Shown here in pieces: positions 45,249-54,692 of a stretch of 64,000 nucleotides of DNA. A program made the translations under genes and the position numbers. Source of the DNA: a virus. Below the pieces are notes generated by a model, which worked only from the letters and a program-made list of their open reading frames with translations, was not told the origin of the DNA and did no database searches. The DNA is taken from positions 1-64,000 of the IMG/VR virus record IMGVR_UViG_3300045997_000112; one strand, given 5' to 3'. Each line of letters begins with the position of its first letter. Position 1 is the first letter of the stretch.

Positions 45249-46282
45249 TTGATCACGCCCCGAACGGACGCGGCGATCTGCCAGAGCTGGTCCTCGTCGG
45301 CCATCTCCAGCATGACGCCGATCAGGTCCCGAAGGATGGCGTCGATGCCCCGCTGCGGGCGCCAGGCGGGATCCCCGAAGTTGTACGTGACGTACCCCTC
45401 GGGGCGCACGCTCTCCGTGATGGTGGTCTCGATGACCACGTCCTTGGCCTTGTCGGCGATGCGCTCGGCCTCAACCATGCCGTCCACGTAGCCCTCAAGG
45501 TGGGCCTCCATGTAGACGTCGGTGGAGACGGGCAGGCGGCCCTTCTCGTCGCGGGTCTCGGCCTTGGCGGCTGCAGCGGCGGTCGTTCCACTGTCCCGGA
45601 ACCCGACCTTGCCCTTCTCGCGGATGCTGTCCACGGTGATCGCCTTCTCGACGATCGCCTGCGTGACCGGGAGGGTCTCCGGCTCCATCATCTCCTTGGA
45701 CAGGGTGACGGGCTCGGCAACCTTGAGGGCCTCATCCACCGCCTTCTCGAACTCGGGGTTGGCCTCCTCGACCACCTTGGGCGCGGCCTTCTTGCGCGGC
45801 GCTCGGCGCTTCGGGACAGCGGGGACTTCGGGCAGCACTTCGGCCACGGGGGGCTCCTCTTCCTTGGGGATGTCCATGTGCTCGGGACCATCGCTGTGGT
45901 CCCCCTCCTGGCCGACATCGGACGGGATGTCGGGGACGACCTCGACCTCCGGCTCGTCGGGGACGATCTCGAGCTCCATGAGCCCGTCGTCGAGGGCGAG
46001 GTAGGTGGCACCAACCTTGGTGGCCTCCTTGACCAGGTCCTCATCAGTGGGGCCGAGGACGACCCAGCCCTTCTCCAGGGTGTCGAAGTCGGTGACGACC
46101 GGGACGTCGATGACGTCGAAGATCTCCTGGGCCCAGGAGTCCAAGTTCTCGCCGTCGTAGTTGAAGAAGACGATCTCGTGACTCTCGCTCCAGAGGGAGG
46201 GATCTCCCAGCAGGTCGAACAGGGTAGCCGTGGCCAGTGCGCGGTCCACGGTCTGGGGTGCGCCAACAATGCAGTACTTCAT
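45245..46282 (-). CDS. hypothetical protein with acidic/Pro-rich linker
   Basis: AGGAG RBS, codon bias. Confidence 0.75.
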   Translation of the reverse strand: MKYCIVGAPQTVDRALATATLFDLLGDPSLWSESHEIVFFNYDGENLDSWAQEIFDVIDVPVVTDFDTLEKGWVVLGPTDEDLVKEATKVGATYLALDDGLMELEIVPDEPEVEVVPDIPSDVGQEGDHSDGPEHMDIPKEEEPPVAEVLPEVPAVPKRRAPRKKAAPKVVEEANPEFEKAVDEALKVAEPVTLSKEMMEPETLPVTQAIVEKAITVDSIREKGKVGFRDSGTTAAAAAKAETRDEKGRLPVSTDVYMEAHLEGYVDGMVEAERIADKAKDVVIETTITESVRPEGYVTYNFGDPAWRPQRGIDAILRDLIGVMLEMADEDQLWQIAASVRGVIK

Positions 46283-46284
46283 TG

Positions 46285-46325
46285 GTCTCCTATGGTGGGT
46301 TGGACTAGCCCACCATACACCCACC
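46285..46325 (-). promoter_or_regulatory. putative promoter with palindromic operator
   Basis: TATGGT -10-like hexamer inside TATGGTGGG...CCCACCATA inverted repeat. Confidence 0.5.
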
Positions 46326-46338
46326 TATCCCATAGGCA

Positions 46339-47499
46339 TCAGACCGCGAGCCAGTTCACCTCGACCGTCTCAGCCTGGGATCCGATGTTCTCCAGGACCA
46401 GCACGAACCCCTGCGAGGTCACCTTGCGGACCCCGGCGAGCACCGGACGGGAGTTGACCTCCTGGGTGGAACCCGGCGTGGTGAGCGTGTAGGTGAGGGA
46501 CACGGACACCGAGGCACCCACCACACCGCCGTAGTTGGCCTCGTTCGCGGTGTCGTTGGGACCGAAGGCGATGGCGTTGTAGGTCCCGGCTGCGAACCCG
46601 GCCGCCCACTCGAGTGGAAGATCCACGGTATGCGTGGTGCCCGACGCGAAGTTCTTCACCACGTTGAGCTTGGGCGTGGCTGCCGGGTTGAACGACCCGG
46701 GAAGCCCTGCCGCGACGTTGTTGTACGGCCGGAAGGTGATGGAGTCCAGCGCATGCCCGGCCGCCGAGCCGATCTTGAACGTGACCTGGAGCTTGGTGGG
46801 CTGGGCTCCCGCAGGCAGGGCGAAGCCCCCGGGAAGGAGCACGAGGCCCCTCTGGTTGCCGTTGGACGTGGAGAACTGGCCGACGAGGAAGGTGGTCTTG
46901 TCGCCCTGCCAGGTGGTCGAGGCGCTCTCCCCGTAGGGCGAGTTGCCCGAGTAGCACCGGAAGGACCCCGCCGTGGCCGTCTTCACGCTGGAGGTGGTGC
47001 CCCCAGCGGACTGACCCACAGTCTTCTGCACCGGGGAGACCAGCACCTTGGGCGGCGTGGTGAACGATCCGGCTGGGAAGGAGACGTCGATGCCCTGAGG
47101 GCCAAGGTTGGGCGCCAGGAGGCGCTCCGCCAGTACCCCGGAGACGATCGATGCATCCTTGCCCGGGGCTCCGTTGGTGCCATCCCGACCTCGAGGGATC
47201 TCGAAGGTGAGCTGCCCCGTGGCTCCGTCCCAGAGGGCCTTCGCCGGGGAGGTGGCCTCAACACTGGTGGCCGACGCCCCATTGATGGGAGTGGCGGCCG
47301 CCTTCTCCAGCGCGTCGATGCGGAGACGCAGGGAGCCCGTCTTCTCGCCCGCGATCTTGATGCCGATGTCCCGCTGTACAGCCAGGACCCAGTCGATCGC
47401 GTTCTGGTGCAGCGTGGTGTGCTGAGACGCGTCCAGCGTGGCGCTGGGAAGGAGTGCTGCCCCAGTCGGATCCAGGGCGTCGGGGAACCGGCTGGCCAT
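46339..47499 (-). CDS. minor tail/fibre protein
   Basis: FP..LD N-terminus, short G-X-Y, VSFP..FTTPP.V and VT..GF...VNWLAV lectin-like elements. Confidence 0.7.
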   Translation of the reverse strand: MASRFPDALDPTGAALLPSATLDASQHTTLHQNAIDWVLAVQRDIGIKIAGEKTGSLRLRIDALEKAAATPINGASATSVEATSPAKALWDGATGQLTFEIPRGRDGTNGAPGKDASIVSGVLAERLLAPNLGPQGIDVSFPAGSFTTPPKVLVSPVQKTVGQSAGGTTSSVKTATAGSFRCYSGNSPYGESASTTWQGDKTTFLVGQFSTSNGNQRGLVLLPGGFALPAGAQPTKLQVTFKIGSAAGHALDSITFRPYNNVAAGLPGSFNPAATPKLNVVKNFASGTTHTVDLPLEWAAGFAAGTYNAIAFGPNDTANEANYGGVVGASVSVSLTYTLTTPGSTQEVNSRPVLAGVRKVTSQGFVLVLENIGSQAETVEVNWLAV

Positions 47500-47502
47500 G
47501 TC

Positions 47503-47706
47503 TTACCCGCCTGCGGCTGCAGCCTTGAGGGCCGCGACGTCCGTCTTGAGGGTCTCGATCTCGGCGTTCATGGCCGCGATGTTGTCGTTGGCCTGGGTGA
47601 CCCCGGCCTTGAGCCAGACCACGTACTTGAAGTGGCCCGGCTGCCCGGCGACGGGGTCGGTACCGTCAGGGCTGCCCTTGTCCCAGGTCAGAGTGAGTGC
47701 TGCCAT
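47503..47706 (-). CDS. small coiled-coil protein (fibre associated?)
   Basis: AGGAGG RBS, heptad C-terminus. Confidence 0.65.
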   Translation of the reverse strand: MAALTLTWDKGSPDGTDPVAGQPGHFKYVVWLKAGVTQANDNIAAMNAEIETLKTDVAALKAAAAGG

Positions 47707-47725
47707 GGAGTCCTCCTAGATTGGA

Positions 47726-49597
47726 TCAACTGTATTCGACCTCGCCCACCCAGAGTTGGCTGAACTCCGGGTCGTCTGAGGTGATCATCTGAGCGCCCAC
47801 CCCACTGGGGAGGTAGGCCGGGAGGGTCCCGTACAGCTTGGCGATGAGGACCCGCTCGAACGAATCCAGCGAGGACTCCCCCGAGGGGTCGCGCTCCCGA
47901 GCCTCCATGGTCACGTTGGGGTCGTCCATGACCGCGGTGGTGTCATCCATGACGACCATGCCGGACACCAATGTTGAGACCCCGGTGTCCATGACGACGG
48001 CAACCGACCGAGGGTCCCGGAACGCGTAGGGGCGCCCCGTCGACAGCGAGATGCACCCCAGGCTGACGACTGCGTCCCCGGTGACATTGACGCTCCACAC
48101 CACGTACCGGCTGCCTGCCGGGGCGAGCACCGGCTCGAACAGCGCGCCATCCCAAAGGCCGTCGTGGACGGTGTCCACCGCCAGGTTCTCGCTGTACAGC
48201 GGATCTCCCTGATCATCGAGGAACCCGATGTCGGCCGAGATGGTGCACGGTGCCGAGGCGTAGTAGCGGAACCGGAACTGGTACAGCTGCCCGGGTGTGG
48301 CCTTGGCGGCGAACTCCGGGACGAACTGGCCATTGATCTTCTTGGACCCGAACCGCAGGGTCTCCCCGGAACGGGGCTGGAGTCGGTGGACCCACCCCAC
48401 CGCAGGCGACGGGAACCGGGAGTCCCACCACGGGTCGTCCACCCCGGGGATCAGCGGGGGATTGAGGAGCACGCCCATCGCGGGGCTGGAGTCGAACGAG
48501 TCCCACTCGTCGAACCACACGCCCTCGCCGTCGTAGACGTCCTCCCAGACGTCCACCCATTCATGCAGCCGGTTGATGGGCCACTGGCTCTGGAAGTTCT
48601 CCTCGTACCCCACGCACGGGATCGAGGTCCATTCCCCGCCCTCGGCCGAGACGCTGTACTCGTCTGCCGGGGTGTTGGACGGGATGTTCCACGGGTTGTC
48701 CGGGCAGGTGTCCGATCGGTCGAGGAGCAGGTTGAGCGGCCCCACCACCTGGGTGGGGAACCCGGTGACGGTCTCCACGTACCGCTCGAGCCCGGCGTAG
48801 CTGCCCTTGGCCATGGTGATCTGCCGGTAGTTGGCCAGGATGTGCTTGAGCCGGTGGCTGACCACCCGGTCGGTGAAGAACGCCTCCTCGGTGGGGCCCA
48901 TGCCGAAGGACCTCAACAATGGGAGCACCATGTTCGGGTGGATCCGCTCCGGGGTGTCCACCATGAGCTCGCCATCGGTGATGATCGTGTCCAGGACGTA
49001 CCCGACATCGGCCATGAACGAGGTCTGCGGGTTCATCATGTGCTCGCCGTAGATCATCCCGCCGGTCATGACGCCACGGGGCAGTGCGTCCATCCCGTTG
49101 ATGATGCCGCCGTAGTTGCCGGGGATGACCTTCCACCCACGCCCCCGGTAGTCCCAGGGGAGCCACTTCACGAAGTCGCCGGTGGCCGGGTCGAGCAGCG
49201 GCTCCGACACGTAGACGGACAGGTACAGGACCGTTCCTGGCGCCACGGGTCCCAAAGACGCGTCACCGGAGCGGAAGGAGAAGGTGCGCCCCGACGGCAG
49301 CTCCTCGTCCACCAGAACCGGAGTCCGGTCCTCGAAGACCAGCTTCAGGTCCCCACCCTCGTCGGTCCAGTGAGCGAACCGGTCCGGGTTGGGCGGGAAG
49401 TACGTGGAGCTCTTCAGCACCACCACGCGGGAGTTGCCCGGGTAGTCCCAGGAGATAGGGCCAACCTGAACCAGGACGTCGGCGCCGTTCAACCCCTCGG
49501 GGTCGTACCCAAGGTTGGTGATCTTGACCGCCACCTCAGGACGGACGCGGTCGCCATAGACGTCCTCGCCGTATCCGAAGTCCTGGTACTTGGCCAT
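47726..49597 (-). CDS. baseplate wedge/tail protein (P2 gpI-like core)
   Basis: LP.L...FG, KGS..GL..YV..VTG motif; position after baseplate J. Confidence 0.7.
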   Translation of the reverse strand: MAKYQDFGYGEDVYGDRVRPEVAVKITNLGYDPEGLNGADVLVQVGPISWDYPGNSRVVVLKSSTYFPPNPDRFAHWTDEGGDLKLVFEDRTPVLVDEELPSGRTFSFRSGDASLGPVAPGTVLYLSVYVSEPLLDPATGDFVKWLPWDYRGRGWKVIPGNYGGIINGMDALPRGVMTGGMIYGEHMMNPQTSFMADVGYVLDTIITDGELMVDTPERIHPNMVLPLLRSFGMGPTEEAFFTDRVVSHRLKHILANYRQITMAKGSYAGLERYVETVTGFPTQVVGPLNLLLDRSDTCPDNPWNIPSNTPADEYSVSAEGGEWTSIPCVGYEENFQSQWPINRLHEWVDVWEDVYDGEGVWFDEWDSFDSSPAMGVLLNPPLIPGVDDPWWDSRFPSPAVGWVHRLQPRSGETLRFGSKKINGQFVPEFAAKATPGQLYQFRFRYYASAPCTISADIGFLDDQGDPLYSENLAVDTVHDGLWDGALFEPVLAPAGSRYVVWSVNVTGDAVVSLGCISLSTGRPYAFRDPRSVAVVMDTGVSTLVSGMVVMDDTTAVMDDPNVTMEARERDPSGESSLDSFERVLIAKLYGTLPAYLPSGVGAQMITSDDPEFSQLWVGEVEYS

Positions 49598-49598
49598 G

Positions 49599-51182
49599 TC
49601 AGGTCGCAATCTCCCCAGTGACCAGCGAGGTCATGAGCGGCTTGATGATGACGCGGCACCCGGACGCCTGGATCCACCGGAGGTTCCGCTCCGAGTACCC
49701 GGGGTCCGCAGCACGGCAGACCACCCGCAGCTGGTACTCCCGGCCTGGGGTCAGGCCGCCGACGACGTGGAAGTTCGCCGACCGGACCTGATCCACGTCC
49801 GTCTGCTCCGCCACTGCCCGGGCGCCATTGTTGACGCACCCGTGCCGATCGTTGGCAGCCAGGATGACGTTGGTGGGAGTGGCCTTCTCGAAGATCTCGT
49901 AGGACACCCAGGTGGGCCTCGAGAACGAACGGATCTCCACCGACAGCTGGATCTCGACGGCACCAGTGGCCGGACCGACGAAGTCCATGACGATCTTGCG
50001 CCGGTAGTTGACGTTGCTGTTCTCCCGATCGGACGGAGACGCGTACCGGCCCTCGGCTGCAGCGGTGTGCCCGCCCGGGTTGTACGGCGGCACCGGGATG
50101 AACATCGTGCCCCCAACGTTGTAGAGCCACGTCTTCATGCCCCGGGCGATCATCCCGCCGGAGAACTCCGCGAGCGCGGTGTCGACGACGAGGTTCTTGT
50201 TCTTCGAGGTGATGCTGCCACCCTCGAGGGTCAGCGTGGTCGGGCTGAGCCCGCCGCCATCCTTGAAGACCAGCCCGTTCGGGCGGTACTCCCCGCCCGC
50301 GTGGAAGACCAGCCCATTCTTGTCCAGGGTCAGTCCATCGAACTCGATCGGCCGGTCGAGGGTGTCCCCGTTGATGCTCTTGCAGGTGACGTTGCCCTCG
50401 GAGTCGATCAGGAACACCGTGCTGTCCGACGCGTCGGCGATGCGGAACACGTTCCGGGCCCGACCCTTGATCAGGGCGTTGTTGAGGTAGATGGTCTCGT
50501 CGGTGCCGATCACCAGGGACAGGACCGGAGCCGCCGTCCCAACCGTGAACGAGCTGCCGCCAACCCCGAGGGACCCCGGGGAGAGCAGGATCTCGTGCCC
50601 CACCCGGACGATCCCGGTCTTGGAGTCCAGGGAGATGGTGTGCTCGGAGTCGAGGACCACGGACTGCGCCGTGATCGCGCCCGAGCTCCACAGCGCCACC
50701 GCCGAGCTGGCGGACCAGTTCTTGTCCGAGGACCACCTCTTCGCATCCAGGATGGCGAGGGCAGGCTGGGCGTCCGCTGCCGACTGGAGGATGGCCACCC
50801 CACCGGTACCCGGAGGGCGGAAGTCGTTGCGAGTGGGATCCACCACCCCGGCGCCGAGGAGGGAGACGTAGTTCTGGTCCAGGTCCCTCAGGGCCGCCCG
50901 CTCAATGTTGGTGATCCGCTCGTGAAGAGAGGGCCACACGAGCGGGTCGCTGGTGCCGTCGTAGGAGATGAACAAGTTGGGCGTGCCCACCGGGTGGGCG
51001 CTCGTGCTGCCGTACCAGACCCGCTTGGCATCCTGCGGGGTCTCGTTGACGAACAGCCCGAGCGTGAACTGGGTGGCCTCGAGCTCGTACTGGAGCTTGT
51101 TGACGTGATCGGACTCGACCACCTCACCCTGAATCTTGGGCTCCCACCGGGGGAACGCACCGGGGTACAAGGAGTTGGCCAT
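49599..51182 (-). CDS. tail fibre/minor tail protein
   Basis: YP...V...HVN.LQ.E..A.Q..LG N-terminal motif; beta-rich repeats. Confidence 0.7.
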   Translation of the reverse strand: MANSLYPGAFPRWEPKIQGEVVESDHVNKLQYELEATQFTLGLFVNETPQDAKRVWYGSTSAHPVGTPNLFISYDGTSDPLVWPSLHERITNIERAALRDLDQNYVSLLGAGVVDPTRNDFRPPGTGGVAILQSAADAQPALAILDAKRWSSDKNWSASSAVALWSSGAITAQSVVLDSEHTISLDSKTGIVRVGHEILLSPGSLGVGGSSFTVGTAAPVLSLVIGTDETIYLNNALIKGRARNVFRIADASDSTVFLIDSEGNVTCKSINGDTLDRPIEFDGLTLDKNGLVFHAGGEYRPNGLVFKDGGGLSPTTLTLEGGSITSKNKNLVVDTALAEFSGGMIARGMKTWLYNVGGTMFIPVPPYNPGGHTAAAEGRYASPSDRENSNVNYRRKIVMDFVGPATGAVEIQLSVEIRSFSRPTWVSYEIFEKATPTNVILAANDRHGCVNNGARAVAEQTDVDQVRSANFHVVGGLTPGREYQLRVVCRAADPGYSERNLRWIQASGCRVIIKPLMTSLVTGEIAT

Positions 51183-52660
51183 CAGAATCGAGTCCTTCCA
51201 GTGGTGACGTTCTTGGTGACCGTGACGACGACCGAGGATGGATCGGGCAGCACGGCGATCTCGTTCCGGTCGGGATCGATCTCCGCCACCGAGGACGTTC
51301 CGGTGGAGAACCCGATGACCCGGGCGAACTGGACCACCGACGTGGGAATGGCCTCACTGATCGCACGAATGATGTGGTCCGCCGACACAACCTCGCCGAA
51401 CACCCCACTCTCGTAGGAGAACTTCGCGTACAGGGCCTCCTGGACGGCAAAGGCCACGTAGTCCACATCCACCGACGGGGCGGCGATGACCTCCACCTCC
51501 ACCCCGAAGTCGAGGGTCCTGCCCGCCCGGACCACGGGCTCCACTCCCGCCAGGGCAACCTTGGTGAGGGAATCCTCTGTCACCCGGACCAGCTCCTCCA
51601 GCATCTCCGGAGACCCGTACAGGGACTGGTCCCGAGGCGCGATCCAGATGGTGGGCCGGGACCACACCGAGGACTCGCACCGCGCGTCGAGGATCCGGGA
51701 GTCGGCACGAGCGATCGCCTCGTAGTCCCCGGCCGTCACCGCGCGACGCTGGGTCTTGGTCAGGTTCACCGTGCCGGAGCGGATGGAGTCCATCGACTCC
51801 AGGTCCCGTCCACCCGATGGGGAGGACAGGGAGTGCACCGTGACGTCGGAGTACTGGGCGAGCGCCGGGTCGTCCCAGGAGACGAGGAACCGGGTGAGGT
51901 CTGCTCCTGGGGCGTTCCCAGCCGAGCCATTCGTGATCCGGTACATCACCCCGACGGTCCACCCCTTGATGGGCACCCGACCGGCCACCCCATCCCCGAA
52001 CGCGATGTACGTGGTCCCATCCGGATCCACCACCGCGCTGAACACGTAGTCCCCGGATGGGCTGTCCAGAAGTAGCTCGGTATGAGTCCAGAACTCGCGT
52101 CGGGTGGCGTCGTCGGGGTGCTGGGTGAGCACAGCGAGCGCGCCGAGGCGCCCATCCACCCCGGTGTCCTGAAGGAGGAACCGCTGGTTGCCGGTGCCAT
52201 CGGACACCCCGAGCTCGACGTAGCGGGTGTTGCCCTCCCAGGCATCCAGCACCCGGGAGTCGCCCGGCTCGAGCGTCACCTCGGACTGGAGCTCATAGGC
52301 GAGGCCACCGGACTGCGCGCCCACCATGGTGTGCTCGGCAACCGTGACGGTCTGGGTCCCATTGTTGGTGAGCTCCACCGGGCACCACGCGCTGACGGCC
52401 AGACCGGGGGAGTACCCGAACAGCCTGGCGAGGGCGTAGATGTTGCGCGGGCTGTTGGCCGTCAGGATGTTGGACTCCTGGGCCGCCCGGTCGACGTAGT
52501 AGCTCATCATGTCGCCGATGTAGGACATGCCCTCGACCAGGGAGTAGGCGAAGTCCGAGGGATCCGGGCTCCACCCGGGAACCCGGTCCTTCAGGAAGGT
52601 GATCATCTGGTTGCGGAGGGACACGTAGTCACGGTCCGTGTAGTCGAAGGGGTTACTCAT
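51182..52660 (-). CDS. baseplate J-like (gp6-like) wedge protein
   Basis: DYTDRDY.SLR, LSYYVDRAA.E-like, FGDG..G..P, G.AGN, RAVT..DYE. Confidence 0.92.
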   Translation of the reverse strand: MSNPFDYTDRDYVSLRNQMITFLKDRVPGWSPDPSDFAYSLVEGMSYIGDMMSYYVDRAAQESNILTANSPRNIYALARLFGYSPGLAVSAWCPVELTNNGTQTVTVAEHTMVGAQSGGLAYELQSEVTLEPGDSRVLDAWEGNTRYVELGVSDGTGNQRFLLQDTGVDGRLGALAVLTQHPDDATRREFWTHTELLLDSPSGDYVFSAVVDPDGTTYIAFGDGVAGRVPIKGWTVGVMYRITNGSAGNAPGADLTRFLVSWDDPALAQYSDVTVHSLSSPSGGRDLESMDSIRSGTVNLTKTQRRAVTAGDYEAIARADSRILDARCESSVWSRPTIWIAPRDQSLYGSPEMLEELVRVTEDSLTKVALAGVEPVVRAGRTLDFGVEVEVIAAPSVDVDYVAFAVQEALYAKFSYESGVFGEVVSADHIIRAISEAIPTSVVQFARVIGFSTGTSSVAEIDPDRNEIAVLPDPSSVVVTVTKNVTTGRTRF

Positions 52661-53009
52661 GAGGACTCTCAATCCCGACCGTGGTCGTCAAGAGGCTGCT
52701 GTCCGGTGTCGTGTAGATGACCTCAACCTCGTACGTGTCCTGGACCTGGTTCACGGACACCGACTCCACCTTGATGTGCGGGAGCCACTTCTTCAGCGCC
52801 TCCCGGACGGACTCCTCGGGCTGGATCAGCGCGTTCTCGAACAATGAGGCGACGAGGTTGGTCCCGTAGTCGTCCCGCATGACCCGCTCACCCATGCGCG
52901 CACAGAGCACCTGGCTCACTCGTCCGGCCCACACCTCATCGGGAGTTCGGGCCACGACGAAGCGCCCATCAGGACCCAACTGCATGGGCCACTTCAGGTA
53001 CGTCGCCAT
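52653..53009 (-). CDS. gp25/GPW-like baseplate wedge subunit
   Basis: GERVMR.DYGT, W.P.I.V. Confidence 0.88.
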   Translation of the reverse strand: MATYLKWPMQLGPDGRFVVARTPDEVWAGRVSQVLCARMGERVMRDDYGTNLVASLFENALIQPEESVREALKKWLPHIKVESVSVNQVQDTYEVEVIYTTPDSSLLTTTVGIESPHE

Positions 53010-53028
53010 GGCGCCAATCCTCTCGTAC

Positions 53029-53286
53029 TCATGGGGCCCTCGTCCCATAGAACCCGACCCACACCGGGTACGCCCGGTCCCCGCCCTCGAACATGATCCA
53101 GACCCCGTCCCCGGTGCGTACCTCAGGTCGCTTCTTCGGATCGGGGTCCGAGAAGCACGGGAACGCCCACACCGATCCCGTCCCGGTGATGAGCGGGATG
53201 CTGACCTTGAGTCGGGCCAGACCGGAGTCATCCCGAGCGTCGGTCACGACCCCTCGATACAGCCCGGTCAGCGCTGTGCTCGCCAT
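53029..53286 (-). CDS. baseplate spike OB-fold protein (gp5/gpV N-domain only)
   Basis: GLYRGVV...D....RLKV.IP...WA.P...G..VWIMFEGGD..YPVW.G. Confidence 0.88.
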   Translation of the reverse strand: MASTALTGLYRGVVTDARDDSGLARLKVSIPLITGTGSVWAFPCFSDPDPKKRPEVRTGDGVWIMFEGGDRAYPVWVGFYGTRAP

Positions 53287-54425
53287 CGCGCCCCCTCCCG
53301 CCACATGGTCGCGCCCCGGACCCGCTGGGGCGGCACGTACAGGACCGGCTCGTTCTCAAGGTTGACGGCCTCCCCGAAGTCGCCCACCCGGTGAATGTTG
53401 CGCTCAGGTGCGAAGACCTCCGGGCTCAACCTCCGGAGGTCCTCGGCCCGGTGCAGCTCGAGGCTCATGTCGTAGGCGTTCTGCTCCATGTCGTACTCGT
53501 GGCAGACCGAGTTGACCAGCCACCACGGTCCCGGATCCGATCCCCGGACGAACACCGGCTTCCCGGCCGTGATCCCGATGTGCCCGGTGCCCTGAGCCTG
53601 AGCCACATGCGTGACCGTGGATCCGGACAGACGATCGACCACGTTCCCATAGGACTGGGCGACGTATCCCGGGTACCGGGAGAACATGGAGTCGCCCTCC
53701 TCCCGCTGGGTCACTCGTGCGGTGTGCGGATCTACCCCAAAGGCAATGCGGTGATCAGGAACTACCCCAAGGGCACCGGTGTTGTCCGTGGTCGGGATCT
53801 TGAACTGGCGCAGCACGAACTGGTTGGTGGAGTGTGCGGCCCCGCCCATCCACACCAGCGTCACGGCCTCCTGCCGGTACATGTCGATGATGTCCTTGAG
53901 CTGCATCGCATGGACCGTGGTCCCGGTGGTGAACAGGTACTGGCTGTACTCCTTGGCCGTCTCGGCGAGCACCTCCCACTGGGAGCGCCCACCCAAAAGC
54001 ATCTGCCGCTCGGAGTCCGGGCCCCGCACGATCGGCACCAGTCCGTTCCGGCGGATGATCTGACGCTGGCCATCCCGCACCTTGCCCGCCACAACATTGG
54101 TGGGCTCCTTGAGCGGGTAGGTGAGCCCCACCCCGACGACCCGGGTGTACGGGGCGTTCGATCCCGGCTCCTCGTAGGGCGTCACCGAGTCCACGTACCC
54201 GTGCCACCGGCGCCGCCCCTTGCGCGACGTGATCGAGACCGTCATCGGGGCGCCAGAGCGGAGGCTCTCCTGTGCGTACTTGGCGTGCCCGGCATGCCTG
54301 ACCACGAAGATCGTGTGCTTGCCGCACTCCTCCAACACCTGCAGATGGGTCGCCCCGCCCAGGAACCCGGTGGTCACTGAGGCGGGATAGCGAACCTCGC
54401 TGCGGAGATGAAGGCTGGGGATCAT
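53268..54425 (-). CDS. baseplate hub (gp27/gpD-like)
   Basis: WHGYV, S.WE.L...A, G...I..G.PV, W.V.SV.H; synteny. Confidence 0.75.
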   Translation of the reverse strand: MIPSLHLRSEVRYPASVTTGFLGGATHLQVLEECGKHTIFVVRHAGHAKYAQESLRSGAPMTVSITSRKGRRRWHGYVDSVTPYEEPGSNAPYTRVVGVGLTYPLKEPTNVVAGKVRDGQRQIIRRNGLVPIVRGPDSERQMLLGGRSQWEVLAETAKEYSQYLFTTGTTVHAMQLKDIIDMYRQEAVTLVWMGGAAHSTNQFVLRQFKIPTTDNTGALGVVPDHRIAFGVDPHTARVTQREEGDSMFSRYPGYVAQSYGNVVDRLSGSTVTHVAQAQGTGHIGITAGKPVFVRGSDPGPWWLVNSVCHEYDMEQNAYDMSLELHRAEDLRRLSPEVFAPERNIHRVGDFGEAVNLENEPVLYVPPQRVRGATMWREGARWRAQR

Positions 54426-54691
54426 GTGACGATCCTCGGGATCTTGATCACGTCACCCGGCCGGATCATGGTGGGGCACCGAAGGGTGGGGTTGGCGTCG
54501 AGCACCATCCACCACTTCAGGCGTGGGATCCCCAGGGCCTGGGAGATCCAGTCGATGCGGTCCCCGGCCTTCCACCGGTACAGCAGGAAGTCTCCCTGGA
54601 TGGGGAACTCCCGATCCACGGTGTAGACCACCTCACCGTTGAGGTCAGCAGACCTGACCGCCCCGGTCACGTAGCGCGAGTTCAGGTACAT
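54422..54691 (-). CDS. LysM/tail-X-like baseplate protein
   Basis: SRY, GDRID.I....G....WW.V.DANP...I.PG..I.IP. Confidence 0.88.
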   Translation of the reverse strand: MYLNSRYVTGAVRSADLNGEVVYTVDREFPIQGDFLLYRWKAGDRIDWISQALGIPRLKWWMVLDANPTLRCPTMIRPGDVIKIPRIVT

Positions 54692-54692
54692 G

